This document shows, piece by piece, positions 9,112 through 18,749 of a stretch of 52,676 bases of DNA. Every line of letters starts with the position of its first letter. The first letter of the stretch is position 1. Location of the stretch: IMG/VR virus record IMGVR_UViG_3300047287_000308, positions 1-52,676 of that record; one strand, written 5' to 3'. The DNA comes from a virus (lineage: Duplodnaviria; Caudoviricetes). Below the pieces are notes generated by a model. That model was not told the origin of the DNA, did no database searches, and was given only the letters and a program-made list of their open reading frames with translations. A program made the position numbers and the translations under genes.

Positions 9112-12100
9112 GTGTCTTCACTGTATCACTGCAAGGCCAGAGTTTTATACAAACCCTTTGGTAGCAACAAAGCTATCGTTTTCGACGAGAGGCAAATTGC
9201 TCAGCTTAGTGTAAACCTGTCTTGGCAACCCAATCCAGGAATAGCTAATGCACAAGGGGCATCGTCACTGCCGATTGCGGCTAGTGCGTTAGCTAACTCT
9301 ACTTGTCAGGTAACACTTACAGACCCGTATTTGACGGGTATAGCTTGGCCTGTGCTGTATGATGCAGCGTCAGTGTACACCACTGCTTACAACGCTACAG
9401 CAGCGGGTATTTTGCTGCGTCCTTGCGGAAAGGGTGAAAACCCCCTGACTAGCGATTGCTACCCGTATGTCGATATTGACAAGAACGATGTTGCTCCGCA
9501 AGAAGTTGTAGGGGATTACGCACACCTATTAATAAGCTTGTGGTATGAGATAGGGAGTACGGTCTTCGGGTCGGATTATTACTTCAGAGTTACCGGCATG
9601 TCTGTTAAGCACGGTATGGAGTACCCGTCTGTGACTATCTCCGGGACCGAGGCCAGGGCTATGGTATTTAACCAGACTTTGGCGAGTTTGAAATTCGATC
9701 AAGGTTCGACTGTCAACGAAAACTTGCAGAGGATCGCTAAAGAAGCGGGATATCAGATTAACTTCTGTAAAGAATCTCTGACAGATGGCTATAAAATTCC
9801 AAGTGTTATTACCGAGCGCGGTAGCACACTACAAGAAGCTCTGATGAGGAATATTAACGCTGTTGGGGGGAATATGCTTTCCTTGCCAATGCGAGAGTAT
9901 GCAAACCAGTTTAGTGTATGCACCAGAGCAGATGTGCAGCAGGTTTGTACGGTATTCTACCTAGGTAAAGGACTATATGAGGGTTATGAGATAAGCGGCA
10001 ATACTAATGCTAACTTTGCAACAAACAACCGTCAATATCCCGGTCAGTTTAGCTCGGGTTCGGGGTACACTTCAGAAGCTTTTAAGGCCGAAGTATACGA
10101 AATCAGTGACATTACCCCTAAGGCTAGAGCGGCTAAGATGAGTTCGGTTAAGCTCAAACCAGCTTTTCCTTTACAATTTGACTCGTTAAAGAATAGAATT
10201 CAGGATAAAAGAACAACAGGAGGCTGGGTTTGGCGCGGAAGCGGGCCCACTATCACCCCTGAGCAAGTCGAAAATACGAATTTATACGGTGTTTCCCCTA
10301 ACGGGACCAAAGCTGTATCGTATCTGAAAGGCTATGTTGTTGCAGCTAACGAGAAGAACGGCTCAGTCGAAGTAGAGACGGAGTTTTTCTTGCAGGTATG
10401 CACAAATGTCAAAGAAGATAGCAAAACTAAGAAATGCTTCTCTAGGCCGATTCATCAGGAAACTCTCAACTTGACTGGGGTCAAAGTAAAGGCTATTGAG
10501 AAGTTAGAAGCAGGGCAGGAAATCGGTTCGTCGACCAACGAGAAAAAAGAATACACCAGATTTACAATAAAAGGATATAATAACGATGTTATTACCGTCG
10601 CTCCGGAGATTGTTTGGAAGTATGCGGTATCGAAGGAAGGTCTGACTGATAAGGAAAAAGAAGAGTTTGCTATCAAGTCTGGTCAGACTGTTTCCGTACC
10701 GTCTCCTGCTGAACTGACAGGGGCTAAACCCAGCGAGGGAGCTGTTTTCATCGGTAAAGTTGGCAGCACGGGGGGTTCCAGTGGTCCTCATGTACACATA
10801 CAAGAATCTCTAGGAAAAACCTTGTCAGAAAATCAACTAATAGAGTTGGCTGGTAAGTATGTTCTTGTGGATAATGTCCCTCTTACCTCTTACCCTAAGG
10901 GTGATGGTTTTGGAGCACCACGTAGTGGACACCTGCATGCAGGAGTAGACTATCCGATAGCTGAAGGTAAAGAGATAAAAATATTTGGAACAGTGGGTGG
11001 TAAGATCTACCAGCCAGGCGGTTGTGGTAACGGAGTCTATTTTGTAGTACCCGGTGGTAAAGAGCTTCTAATTTGTCACATACAGAATAATACTATCCCC
11101 CCTAACATACAGGGTCAGGCATCAACAGGGTCGAGCTCAGGTTACAATCCTAGCGTTCAGACCGCTCCTACCACCCAAGGGCTTAATGTCCAGACAGCGT
11201 TCATGGGAGTGCCTAAAGCTCTTAGACTTGTTCCAGGTCGTACAATCCTGTCGTTCATTACCGACTATGACCAATGGGTCGAGCAAGGAAGACCGGCAAA
11301 TGCCGACCCTAATGTCCTTATCCCGGACCGCTTCCGGAGTTGGTTCATTACAGCAGTAAAATTACAATGGTCTGGTAACCTTCGGGTTAATGTAACTGGG
11401 GTTAGTGACTGGGGTGCTTCTCCAATCAAAGTGCCGAGATTTGAAAAATACTTAGAAGATATAAAACAATATGACGGGGCTAAAATCACAAATTCTTATT
11501 TTGACTACATTCGTAGTCCGGGTCATTTGTGCTACCGGGTGAACGGCCAAGACAGTTGTTCTATTTATTGCGATGAAGCACAGAAGATTCAGTCGTTCTT
11601 GACTCAAGGACAACCGGCGGCCGGGGTGGGATCAGGAGGCGTCCCAGGAGCACCTGTGGGTAAATGCCAGTACAGAGGTAGTAAATATCCAAACGAACGA
11701 GTTAATAAAATTCTGAATGCTGCTTATGCATCTGGTATAAAAACAAAAGAAGGGCTGTCAGGAGTTGTGGGTAATGCCTTAGTAGAAAGTACTGTAACAT
11801 TGGATCCTACCATCCAGAATAAGGCGGGAGGTAGGGATTTTGGTGTATTTCAGTGGAACGATCGAAGACCAGCTTTGGAGAAATTTGCTAGAGATAATGG
11901 TGCTGACTATAAAAATTTTGATCTTCAAATGTCCTTTTTCAGGTTTGAGTTAGGCGGGACTGAATCAGCTACTATATCAGCTATGAAGAGTGTTTCATCT
12001 CCTGAACAAGCTGCTCAGGTATTTATGAATAGTTATGAGAGACCATCTGAAAAGGCTAGAGTTAGCAGCATAGGTCTAAGACAACAATATGCTCGAGAAA

Positions 12101-12129
12101 TTTTTAATGAAACAAATTGTCAACCGTGA
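9112..12129 (+). CDS. Baseplate hub/tail lysin: hub-like N-terminus, permuted M23 peptidase, C-terminal phage tail lysozyme
   Basis: GKVGSTGGSSGPHVH and HAGVDY (M23 motifs); GVVGNALVES..FGVFQWNDRR..FMNSYERP (Phage_lysozyme2-like). Confidence 0.75.
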   Translation: MSSLYHCKARVLYKPFGSNKAIVFDERQIAQLSVNLSWQPNPGIANAQGASSLPIAASALANSTCQVTLTDPYLTGIAWPVLYDAASVYTTAYNATAAGILLRPCGKGENPLTSDCYPYVDIDKNDVAPQEVVGDYAHLLISLWYEIGSTVFGSDYYFRVTGMSVKHGMEYPSVTISGTEARAMVFNQTLASLKFDQGSTVNENLQRIAKEAGYQINFCKESLTDGYKIPSVITERGSTLQEALMRNINAVGGNMLSLPMREYANQFSVCTRADVQQVCTVFYLGKGLYEGYEISGNTNANFATNNRQYPGQFSSGSGYTSEAFKAEVYEISDITPKARAAKMSSVKLKPAFPLQFDSLKNRIQDKRTTGGWVWRGSGPTITPEQVENTNLYGVSPNGTKAVSYLKGYVVAANEKNGSVEVETEFFLQVCTNVKEDSKTKKCFSRPIHQETLNLTGVKVKAIEKLEAGQEIGSSTNEKKEYTRFTIKGYNNDVITVAPEIVWKYAVSKEGLTDKEKEEFAIKSGQTVSVPSPAELTGAKPSEGAVFIGKVGSTGGSSGPHVHIQESLGKTLSENQLIELAGKYVLVDNVPLTSYPKGDGFGAPRSGHLHAGVDYPIAEGKEIKIFGTVGGKIYQPGGCGNGVYFVVPGGKELLICHIQNNTIPPNIQGQASTGSSSGYNPSVQTAPTTQGLNVQTAFMGVPKALRLVPGRTILSFITDYDQWVEQGRPANADPNVLIPDRFRSWFITAVKLQWSGNLRVNVTGVSDWGASPIKVPRFEKYLEDIKQYDGAKITNSYFDYIRSPGHLCYRVNGQDSCSIYCDEAQKIQSFLTQGQPAAGVGSGGVPGAPVGKCQYRGSKYPNERVNKILNAAYASGIKTKEGLSGVVGNALVESTVTLDPTIQNKAGGRDFGVFQWNDRRPALEKFARDNGADYKNFDLQMSFFRFELGGTESATISAMKSVSSPEQAAQVFMNSYERPSEKARVSSIGLRQQYAREIFNETNCQP

Positions 12130-12132
12130 CCC

Positions 12133-12648
12133 ATGGGTGAAGTAATCGCTCAACTTATCCTCAAAGCCGCGTTAGACAACGCAAGGAAGTTCTATGAGGA
12201 ATCTGCCAGAGCAGAGATAGCCAGACGTACTCTGGAAGAAATCCGCAAGCAGATGCTTGCCCTGGTCGCTCAGGAGTTTATCAGAGAGATCGCCTATAAC
12301 GCTTCGCAGTATGTTCGCTCTGTCGGAGCAGCGTCGGTGTCAATCGAACCCGAGGGTAACCCTGGAGAGGCCCTTGAGAGAAAGCTCCAAACGTCGATCA
12401 GAAAGTTCAAGGAATGGATTGACTCCCAGCCTAACGATAGCCCTGTAGTAAGTTACTTACTTCGTAAATACGGTACTACCACCGGCACCAGGCGTAGTTA
12501 CGTCGGCAGATCCTCTATGAAACCCTACCAAACTTTAGGGTTGACCGCTAAAACCGGATATTGGACCAAACCAGATAAGAATATCTCAGAGATGGTTAAC
12601 TCTGTCGCAGTTCGTATCTTTGAAGAAACAATGACCAGTCAGCCGTAG
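12133..12648 (+). CDS. Hypothetical protein (possible neck/tail completion)
   Basis: 171 aa ORF directly after the tail lysin; function by context only. Confidence 0.55.
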   Translation: MGEVIAQLILKAALDNARKFYEESARAEIARRTLEEIRKQMLALVAQEFIREIAYNASQYVRSVGAASVSIEPEGNPGEALERKLQTSIRKFKEWIDSQPNDSPVVSYLLRKYGTTTGTRRSYVGRSSMKPYQTLGLTAKTGYWTKPDKNISEMVNSVAVRIFEETMTSQP

Positions 12649-13331
12649 TACTTGGACCCCTTGGCCAAGTTAGCAACAGCGGTAGTGGCTTGCAGCTCAG
12701 CAACATTCTGATGGTAATCACTAAACGATTTAGCAATCTTACTATCTTTGAGCCTACACTTCGTTCCCCGGCAAGATACGTCAATACGTTCTAGATCCAA
12801 CCCCTCCTTACGAGCCCAGTCTTGTACTAAGTTTTTGAACGGGTACCTGTGGTCGATGTGATACTCACCGAATTTAAGAATTTGCCCCGTAAGTGCACAC
12901 TTAGCCGTTGAAGACTTTACCTTATTGTTCAACTCTTGTCTGAAAGCTTTGATCTGCGGGTCGATTAACTGTCTAAGAGCTTTTGTAATATCTGATTTGT
13001 GTTTGGCGTTGACGTCTACTGGCTTCTTGCGAGGGAATAGAGCACTGACAACGTTAGTTTTTCCCACCCATATCTCAGTTTTGGAGTTAGGACTAATCAT
13101 TACAATACCAGTGACAGGTTTTCCCTGAAATTTCTTGTGGCGTACCTTATACGATACTGCTCCGCGCTGCTTAATAGCATTAAACCTGGGTACAAGGCTC
13201 AACGCATCGTCGATGAAGTCACGATCTTCCTCGCACAAGCAACAACCACTCTCGTAAGACGATGTAATCTGCGTCCAGCGAGCACTGAAAGTAGTCTTAT
13301 TATAGCTCTTGCCGTCTACAATTACTGCCAT
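12639..13331 (-). CDS. Putative HNH-type nuclease with DCL(DUF3223)-like N-terminus
   Basis: KCALTG..YHIDHRYPF..DYHQNVAELQ..ANLAKG beta-beta-alpha-metal-like pattern; basic. Confidence 0.5.
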   Translation of the reverse strand: MAVIVDGKSYNKTTFSARWTQITSSYESGCCLCEEDRDFIDDALSLVPRFNAIKQRGAVSYKVRHKKFQGKPVTGIVMISPNSKTEIWVGKTNVVSALFPRKKPVDVNAKHKSDITKALRQLIDPQIKAFRQELNNKVKSSTAKCALTGQILKFGEYHIDHRYPFKNLVQDWARKEGLDLERIDVSCRGTKCRLKDSKIAKSFSDYHQNVAELQATTAVANLAKGSKYYG

Positions 13332-14014
13332 AGCAACCTGTCGAGAATTTCCTCAACATGCGGGTTAATATCTTCTTGCTTTTTGATGTGAGGATTTTTC
13401 CTCAATACCGTTGCTGAAGTACGACGTCTAACTAGCACGTCCATTAATAGTTCTTCTTCAGCTTCATCTAGGTCAGAAATGCGATACAACAGGTCTCGGT
13501 TGGAGGAATAGAGAGTATCGAGGTTAACCTCTTCCTCGACCTTGTCCTCTACTGCTTCGGAGTAATCGTTGATCTCGCTGAAGCTCATTAGAAAAGCCTT
13601 GCGAACTTGGCTAATCTTTCTCACAGGTACGTCCAATTCTTTTGCAATTGCCTCGTCGGTTATGTCAGGGTTTTTCAAAGTGAATTTACGAATCTTCAAG
13701 TACAAGTCTGAGTACGACCGTGGAATTTTTACTAAACGGCTGTGGTCGCGCAGGTAATTTAACATGTGAAATTGTAGATTTCGGTTCACCCAGGTTGAAA
13801 AATTAGCCCCCTTGCCTGAGTCCCAGCTCTTATGCAGTTTGACTATGTACTCCATTGCCGCATCCCTTAACTCGTCAAAGGGCAAACCCGTAAACGAAGC
13901 AATTTTTCTCGCTGCTTGGTTGGCTTTCCACATCTGGCTGATGATTTCCTTGTCAGCTTCAGTAGTACGACGAGGATTTTTAATCCTTAGTGGTTTTGTT
14001 CTCTTAATACTCAT
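13322..14014 (-). CDS. Phage-encoded sigma70-family sigma factor (SigF/SigB-like)
   Basis: Region 2 FDELRDAAMEYIVK..WDSGKGANFSTWV..LNYLRDHSRLVKIPR; region 3 TDEAIAKELDVP. Confidence 0.85.
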   Translation of the reverse strand: MSIKRTKPLRIKNPRRTTEADKEIISQMWKANQAARKIASFTGLPFDELRDAAMEYIVKLHKSWDSGKGANFSTWVNRNLQFHMLNYLRDHSRLVKIPRSYSDLYLKIRKFTLKNPDITDEAIAKELDVPVRKISQVRKAFLMSFSEINDYSEAVEDKVEEEVNLDTLYSSNRDLLYRISDLDEAEEELLMDVLVRRRTSATVLRKNPHIKKQEDINPHVEEILDRLLWQ

Positions 14015-14322
14015 CTATTTCTCTCTACGGTCGAAATTATGAAGCTCTTAAATTGACTCGGTGCTAGGAGGCCGTCTGTATTAATCCCGAGTAGCGAGTT
14101 ATCATCAGAGAAAATCGCAAAGTTAGGGGTTCCATCACATCCAATTGAGTCGCAGAACGCCCAGTCGTCAGTTTCAACATCCCACTCTCCAAATCCGACG
14201 TGATAGTGCGGGTATTCTTCTTCTACTTCTCGGGCTACTTGAGCCCAGACCGGTTTCATGGCAGTGCAAGCTGGACAGCCTGGCCTGGTAAAAAAGACGA
14301 CTTTGTAATTAAAATCTGACAT
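14011..14322 (-). CDS. Thioredoxin
   Basis: FFTRPGCPACTAMKP (CxxC), GTPNFAIF cis-Pro motif, 103 aa. Confidence 0.9.
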   Translation of the reverse strand: MSDFNYKVVFFTRPGCPACTAMKPVWAQVAREVEEEYPHYHVGFGEWDVETDDWAFCDSIGCDGTPNFAIFSDDNSLLGINTDGLLAPSQFKSFIISTVERNR

Positions 14323-14328
14323 GTGGTT

Positions 14329-14357
14329 ATTATAGTATACTTTTTTAAATTTGTCAA
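14329..14357 (-). promoter_or_regulatory. Perfect-consensus sigma70 promoter for thioredoxin-sigma-nuclease genes
   Basis: Minus strand TTGACA-17-TATAAT, 6 nt before ATG 14322. Confidence 0.85.
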
Positions 14358-15940
14358 AGATATCGTGTATTTGGCTTTACCCTAGACCAGGTGCTTGCCG
14401 TTGTACGTCTAGTCGACGAGGGAAAAATGTTCAAACCTGGTAGTCTGACCCGTGAACCACCATGAATGGATTGTCCGCCCATAAGCTCGTCCCTGAAAAC
14501 TTGAACCCCCCAGCAGAACGCATCTACGAAGTCGTCATGACCTTTAATGTACGGGAATGTGCATAGCTCGGATAGCCTCTCAGCTTTGTATGGTAGGTGC
14601 GTGTATACAGATACTCTGCCGGACTCGATAATAGGGGCGATAGAGTTAGCTCGTAATACCTTATCCTTGGTTGGGATAAGCTCTTTAATTGGGATGTTGA
14701 GTTCTCGTTTTAATGTTTGGATCAGCGGTATGCCATTAGCTCGGCCCTCGATGTATAAAGTTCTGACTTTCCACCTTTCCATCCAGGACGGAATGGCCTT
14801 TTGCAGCTCTGGAAATTCCAGACGCTCCATGATGACGTTCAGCAAATAAAGTTTTCTGGTACGCTTCTGGTAGCCCCAGATGCAAGCGCAGGTATAGTCG
14901 TTAGACTCTTTAGCTTTGCAGGCCGTGTCGATTGTGGCGAAGATGTAGTCGTAGGTCTCGGAGTTTTTCTCGTGGAACTGGAACCAGTGATCTTTGAAGA
15001 TCGATCCTTGTTCTCCTCTAGGCTGGCCCTGGTACACTGTGTTGAACGTAGATTCGCCCTGGCGTTTGATTGCTTCAAGGTCTTCTTTGGGGAAGAACTC
15101 TGGCCAATGTGACTCACCTAGTTTACGTTGTAGCGGATCACTTTCCTCGTCAATACACAAAGCTGGAACATTGAGAGACCTCCAACTCAACGGGTCAGAC
15201 TCAAGTAATCGTCCGGTAACGTCATTGACGTGGAACCTCGTCCCCATGCTGATGATCGAGTTGTTCGGCAAGCCTCGTGTCAGGAACTGAGTCTGCACCC
15301 ATGCGAATGTGGATTCCAATGTCGCAGCGCTGTCACCGTCTTGCAGAAGGTCGTCCAGCAACCCGACACCCGGTAGGTCATCATCGCTGATCGTTCCGTA
15401 ACCGAAGCCAGTAATACCGCCGAGGGCTGAACCAACCATGATCAGACCACCAGCTTCGCTCCTGATGAATTTAAGGTTGCACTTCTCTTTGTTGATCGGG
15501 CATTCTGGGAAGATCCACTTGAACGCATCGGAAGTAACGTAATCTAGTACGGCCCGCGAGTTTTCATTCGACAGCTTCAACGCATACGAAGCCATAATGA
15601 ACTGTGCAGTAGGGCTACGTCCTAGCTGCCAGGCCGGAAACACCTTGGAGATGAGCATGCTCTTGCCACTCCGTGGCGGAAGAGATATGGTTGTTCTTCT
15701 GTATTCACGGTTACCATCTCCGATTTGTTGCAGATATGATCCGATTAGCTCATGTACTTTGAACGGCTGAAAAATACCCGAGGTAGATACCTCTGAGGTA
15801 ATGTATTTTGCAAAGGTTAAAAAGTCGGTTCTACATTTCAACCTCAGTAGCTCAAGTTTATCAGTGTTGCTCAGAGAACTGATGTTCTCTTGCATTTCAA
15901 TTACAGTCTGCTTCTCTTGAATTAGCTGTTTTTTGTTCAT
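14354..15940 (-). CDS. terL: Terminase large subunit
   Basis: ISLPPRSGKS Walker A, LLDD Walker B, GTRFHVND, IDTA.K..NDY and HDDFVDA nuclease motifs. Confidence 0.93.
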   Translation of the reverse strand: MNKKQLIQEKQTVIEMQENISSLSNTDKLELLRLKCRTDFLTFAKYITSEVSTSGIFQPFKVHELIGSYLQQIGDGNREYRRTTISLPPRSGKSMLISKVFPAWQLGRSPTAQFIMASYALKLSNENSRAVLDYVTSDAFKWIFPECPINKEKCNLKFIRSEAGGLIMVGSALGGITGFGYGTISDDDLPGVGLLDDLLQDGDSAATLESTFAWVQTQFLTRGLPNNSIISMGTRFHVNDVTGRLLESDPLSWRSLNVPALCIDEESDPLQRKLGESHWPEFFPKEDLEAIKRQGESTFNTVYQGQPRGEQGSIFKDHWFQFHEKNSETYDYIFATIDTACKAKESNDYTCACIWGYQKRTRKLYLLNVIMERLEFPELQKAIPSWMERWKVRTLYIEGRANGIPLIQTLKRELNIPIKELIPTKDKVLRANSIAPIIESGRVSVYTHLPYKAERLSELCTFPYIKGHDDFVDAFCWGVQVFRDELMGGQSIHGGSRVRLPGLNIFPSSTRRTTASTWSRVKPNTRYL

Positions 15941-18749
15941 TGGTTAGGTCGGGGTATTCGTCAAGGTTATCCGGAGACATAGTTAACCCCAGAGGAGGAT
16001 CTTCTGTTCCGTCTGAGACTGAGTCCAGGGCGATGTTAAGAATTCGATTTTCATCAAAATAAGTACTAATGTTAGGGAATGGCTCGGGTAGGGACGGACT
16101 GAATTGACCCAGCCTGTAATTAGACAGGTTTACGTCAGAGTTACCCTGCTGCAAAGATCTCCATTCCTTGTCTGCAGGAGTAATGCCACGAGCAAGTATT
16201 TTAAGAGCTTCTTTCCTGTTAATTTCAGCTAGAAGTCCAAGTCCATTGATGTTTCTGATAGATTTTGCAATACTAGGGGTGGGTTTTACCCCGACTCTTG
16301 GGCCCGTCTTTACATGGTCTAGGGACTCAACATATGCGTACAAGTCTTTAACCGATTGTGCGTTGTCTCTAACAGCCCTAATCAGCTCAGGGATAATACC
16401 TCTGTTGTATGCACCCTTCCCGCCTCTGCCCATGTAGGTCCGGATCAACGAGTGCAGTGAGTCGATCATCTTACGGTTGATGGACTCTACCCTGGTGATA
16501 TTGTTATCTGTTTGTTTGAATGTGTTCTGAATAGCTTCGGCTGTATAGGCCATTTCAGCCATAAACTCTGGCAAATCCGCATTCCTAGCATTGAACAAGG
16601 ATTGGGCCATTTTCCCTACCCTAGGTATCTTAGAAACGAACTGGGTAAGATCCCGCACATTGGGCAACGACAACGGTAGTCCTACACCCGTAGCTATGGT
16701 ACCTAGGGTTTTAGCAACATCACCTATATTGTTATTAAGAGGATTCCCGGTGGGGTTATACGAGTTAGTATTAGTTGCGATTAACGCACCGCACTTCTCT
16801 AACAAGTTATTGCCGTCCGCATCTACACCATGCGAGGTTTTCCTGCACTTAGGGTCACAAGGGCAGTTTGATTTGTTTTTGCCCAGCCCGAATAGGTTAC
16901 CAATCCCCCCTAGAATGGTCGTTACAGGGTTACGCCCAGTCAAAGCTTTTACCGCATCGAATCCAATGCCACCAACTCCCAGGAAGTTTTTGAATGAGCT
17001 ACCTTGACCGATCAGGGCCAATGCCGTAGTTGCAAGTCTTGGTAGACCAGGGCCGAGGTCTGAGGTGAACCCTTTAATTTTTTTGACGGCATCTAGGTTA
17101 GAGAAGCCCTTGAACATATCTGCGATAGGGCCAAGGTCCTTGGTGACTATTGGACCCACTTCGGTTTTTACAGCACCGATGATGTCGTTAACAACGGTAT
17201 CTAATCCCCCGTTAACAGCGCTGTTGAGGATGTTCCGGTAAGTTGCAGGTTTTCCTCTTAGAATGTCTTTACCTACAGACAATATCGGAGATACAAACTT
17301 AGCAACTCCGTCAGGTAATATGTCTTTGCCTAGTGCTACGGCAGTGTCAATAGCACCTAGCGTACCCGATGCCATGTAAGATGTATAGATACTGGCAACG
17401 TCTGGGCTTAATTCGTCTATAGCCTGACCTAAGTACCCCTTACCAACGTCTTGCAGAACCTTAGAGACATTATTATTTCTAACTCCGTCCAGCAAGGTGT
17501 TGGACAAATCTCCTAGTTTATTTATAGTTATCTGCTGATCAGCAGAACCCTCCGACAAGGATACTATAATATCAGACAAAGACATGCCCGTCTTGTTCTC
17601 GATAAAAATCTGAGCAACTGACTTCAGTACATCACTTTGCAAGTATTTAGGAGGAAGCATTAAGGCTCCCTCTAGTGCCTGGTGTAGGGCCGGATCGGTA
17701 GCCGTTGCAGGTACACTGCCTAGGACAACGTCCCACATTTTATTGGTAACGTCTTGACTTACCCCTTCCAGGCTAAGAGCAGGAATGGGTTTGTAAGACG
17801 ATAAAAACTTCTCCTTAGAAAGTGGTGCGTCTAGTTTGTGGAATTTGATCGGTATTCTTTGGCCTTGTTTTGTCCATAGCATTTTGCCCTGATACCGGCT
17901 GCACACAATGAACTCCGAATTGCCACCGTCATCTAGTATGGCGTTGAACCCGTGAATACTATCATTACATTTCGGCAGAGTAGTTTTGAAAAATGTTGGT
18001 GTACTGGAGATAGGAACCCAGCTATACCCTCTGTCCTCGTTCTGTACACAGGTAATAAAGTAAGACCTGAAATTTCTATCTTCGCTGAACTCATGGATTT
18101 CACCCAGCATGCCCTTATCACACTTAGGAATACCGGGATTGTTTTTATAGTTAGTCGCTGCTAAAGGTTCTTTGGCCGCTCCAGGGTCATATCCTTTATC
18201 AATCCACTTACTATGAGTTAATGATTTCCACGACCAGACTTCTTCAGATGTACCATCGACTTGAGGGATATTTCTCTGCATGCAAATAATATGGTCTTGT
18301 CCCATCTCCCCTGACAATATGTACTGTCTACCCCCATTACCTTTATGACACTTCAAACCGCCGTCGTCAGGGTTAGCAAATAGAGCGGTCTGGTCACTAA
18401 TAATGGGAATCTGAGACGGGTTGCCTACTTGACCATAGTTAGCACTTGTATTAAAGATACCTAATACAAAGGCATTCTCGGCATTTCCAGAAGCTTTAGC
18501 TACAAGACACTTTGATCCGATAAATTGTGCGGTTAACTGCCCCCTCCCTGACCCTAAAACGTAGCACCAATCTGTTACAATGCCGTCATTGTACTGAACT
18601 TTTACCCGACCCAATTGTTTAGGGTCTGCTACGGCGTAGATTGTTGCTTCTTCATTGAAGATATCAGAATACGGTAGTCCTAGGACTTCGTTAGTCCTAG
18701 CCGTCATTTCTCTTACTCTTTGAAGTTCTTGAAAAAAGTTAGAATTCAT
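15897..18749 (-). CDS. Baseplate spike-like protein (gpV/gp5 OB-fold N-terminus) with long helical extension
   Basis: EATIYAVADPKQLGRVKV..TDW..GSKCLV..AFVLG OB-fold signature; located in the baseplate operon. Confidence 0.65.
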   Translation of the reverse strand: MNSNFFQELQRVREMTARTNEVLGLPYSDIFNEEATIYAVADPKQLGRVKVQYNDGIVTDWCYVLGSGRGQLTAQFIGSKCLVAKASGNAENAFVLGIFNTSANYGQVGNPSQIPIISDQTALFANPDDGGLKCHKGNGGRQYILSGEMGQDHIICMQRNIPQVDGTSEEVWSWKSLTHSKWIDKGYDPGAAKEPLAATNYKNNPGIPKCDKGMLGEIHEFSEDRNFRSYFITCVQNEDRGYSWVPISSTPTFFKTTLPKCNDSIHGFNAILDDGGNSEFIVCSRYQGKMLWTKQGQRIPIKFHKLDAPLSKEKFLSSYKPIPALSLEGVSQDVTNKMWDVVLGSVPATATDPALHQALEGALMLPPKYLQSDVLKSVAQIFIENKTGMSLSDIIVSLSEGSADQQITINKLGDLSNTLLDGVRNNNVSKVLQDVGKGYLGQAIDELSPDVASIYTSYMASGTLGAIDTAVALGKDILPDGVAKFVSPILSVGKDILRGKPATYRNILNSAVNGGLDTVVNDIIGAVKTEVGPIVTKDLGPIADMFKGFSNLDAVKKIKGFTSDLGPGLPRLATTALALIGQGSSFKNFLGVGGIGFDAVKALTGRNPVTTILGGIGNLFGLGKNKSNCPCDPKCRKTSHGVDADGNNLLEKCGALIATNTNSYNPTGNPLNNNIGDVAKTLGTIATGVGLPLSLPNVRDLTQFVSKIPRVGKMAQSLFNARNADLPEFMAEMAYTAEAIQNTFKQTDNNITRVESINRKMIDSLHSLIRTYMGRGGKGAYNRGIIPELIRAVRDNAQSVKDLYAYVESLDHVKTGPRVGVKPTPSIAKSIRNINGLGLLAEINRKEALKILARGITPADKEWRSLQQGNSDVNLSNYRLGQFSPSLPEPFPNISTYFDENRILNIALDSVSDGTEDPPLGLTMSPDNLDEYPDLTNEQKTANSREADCN

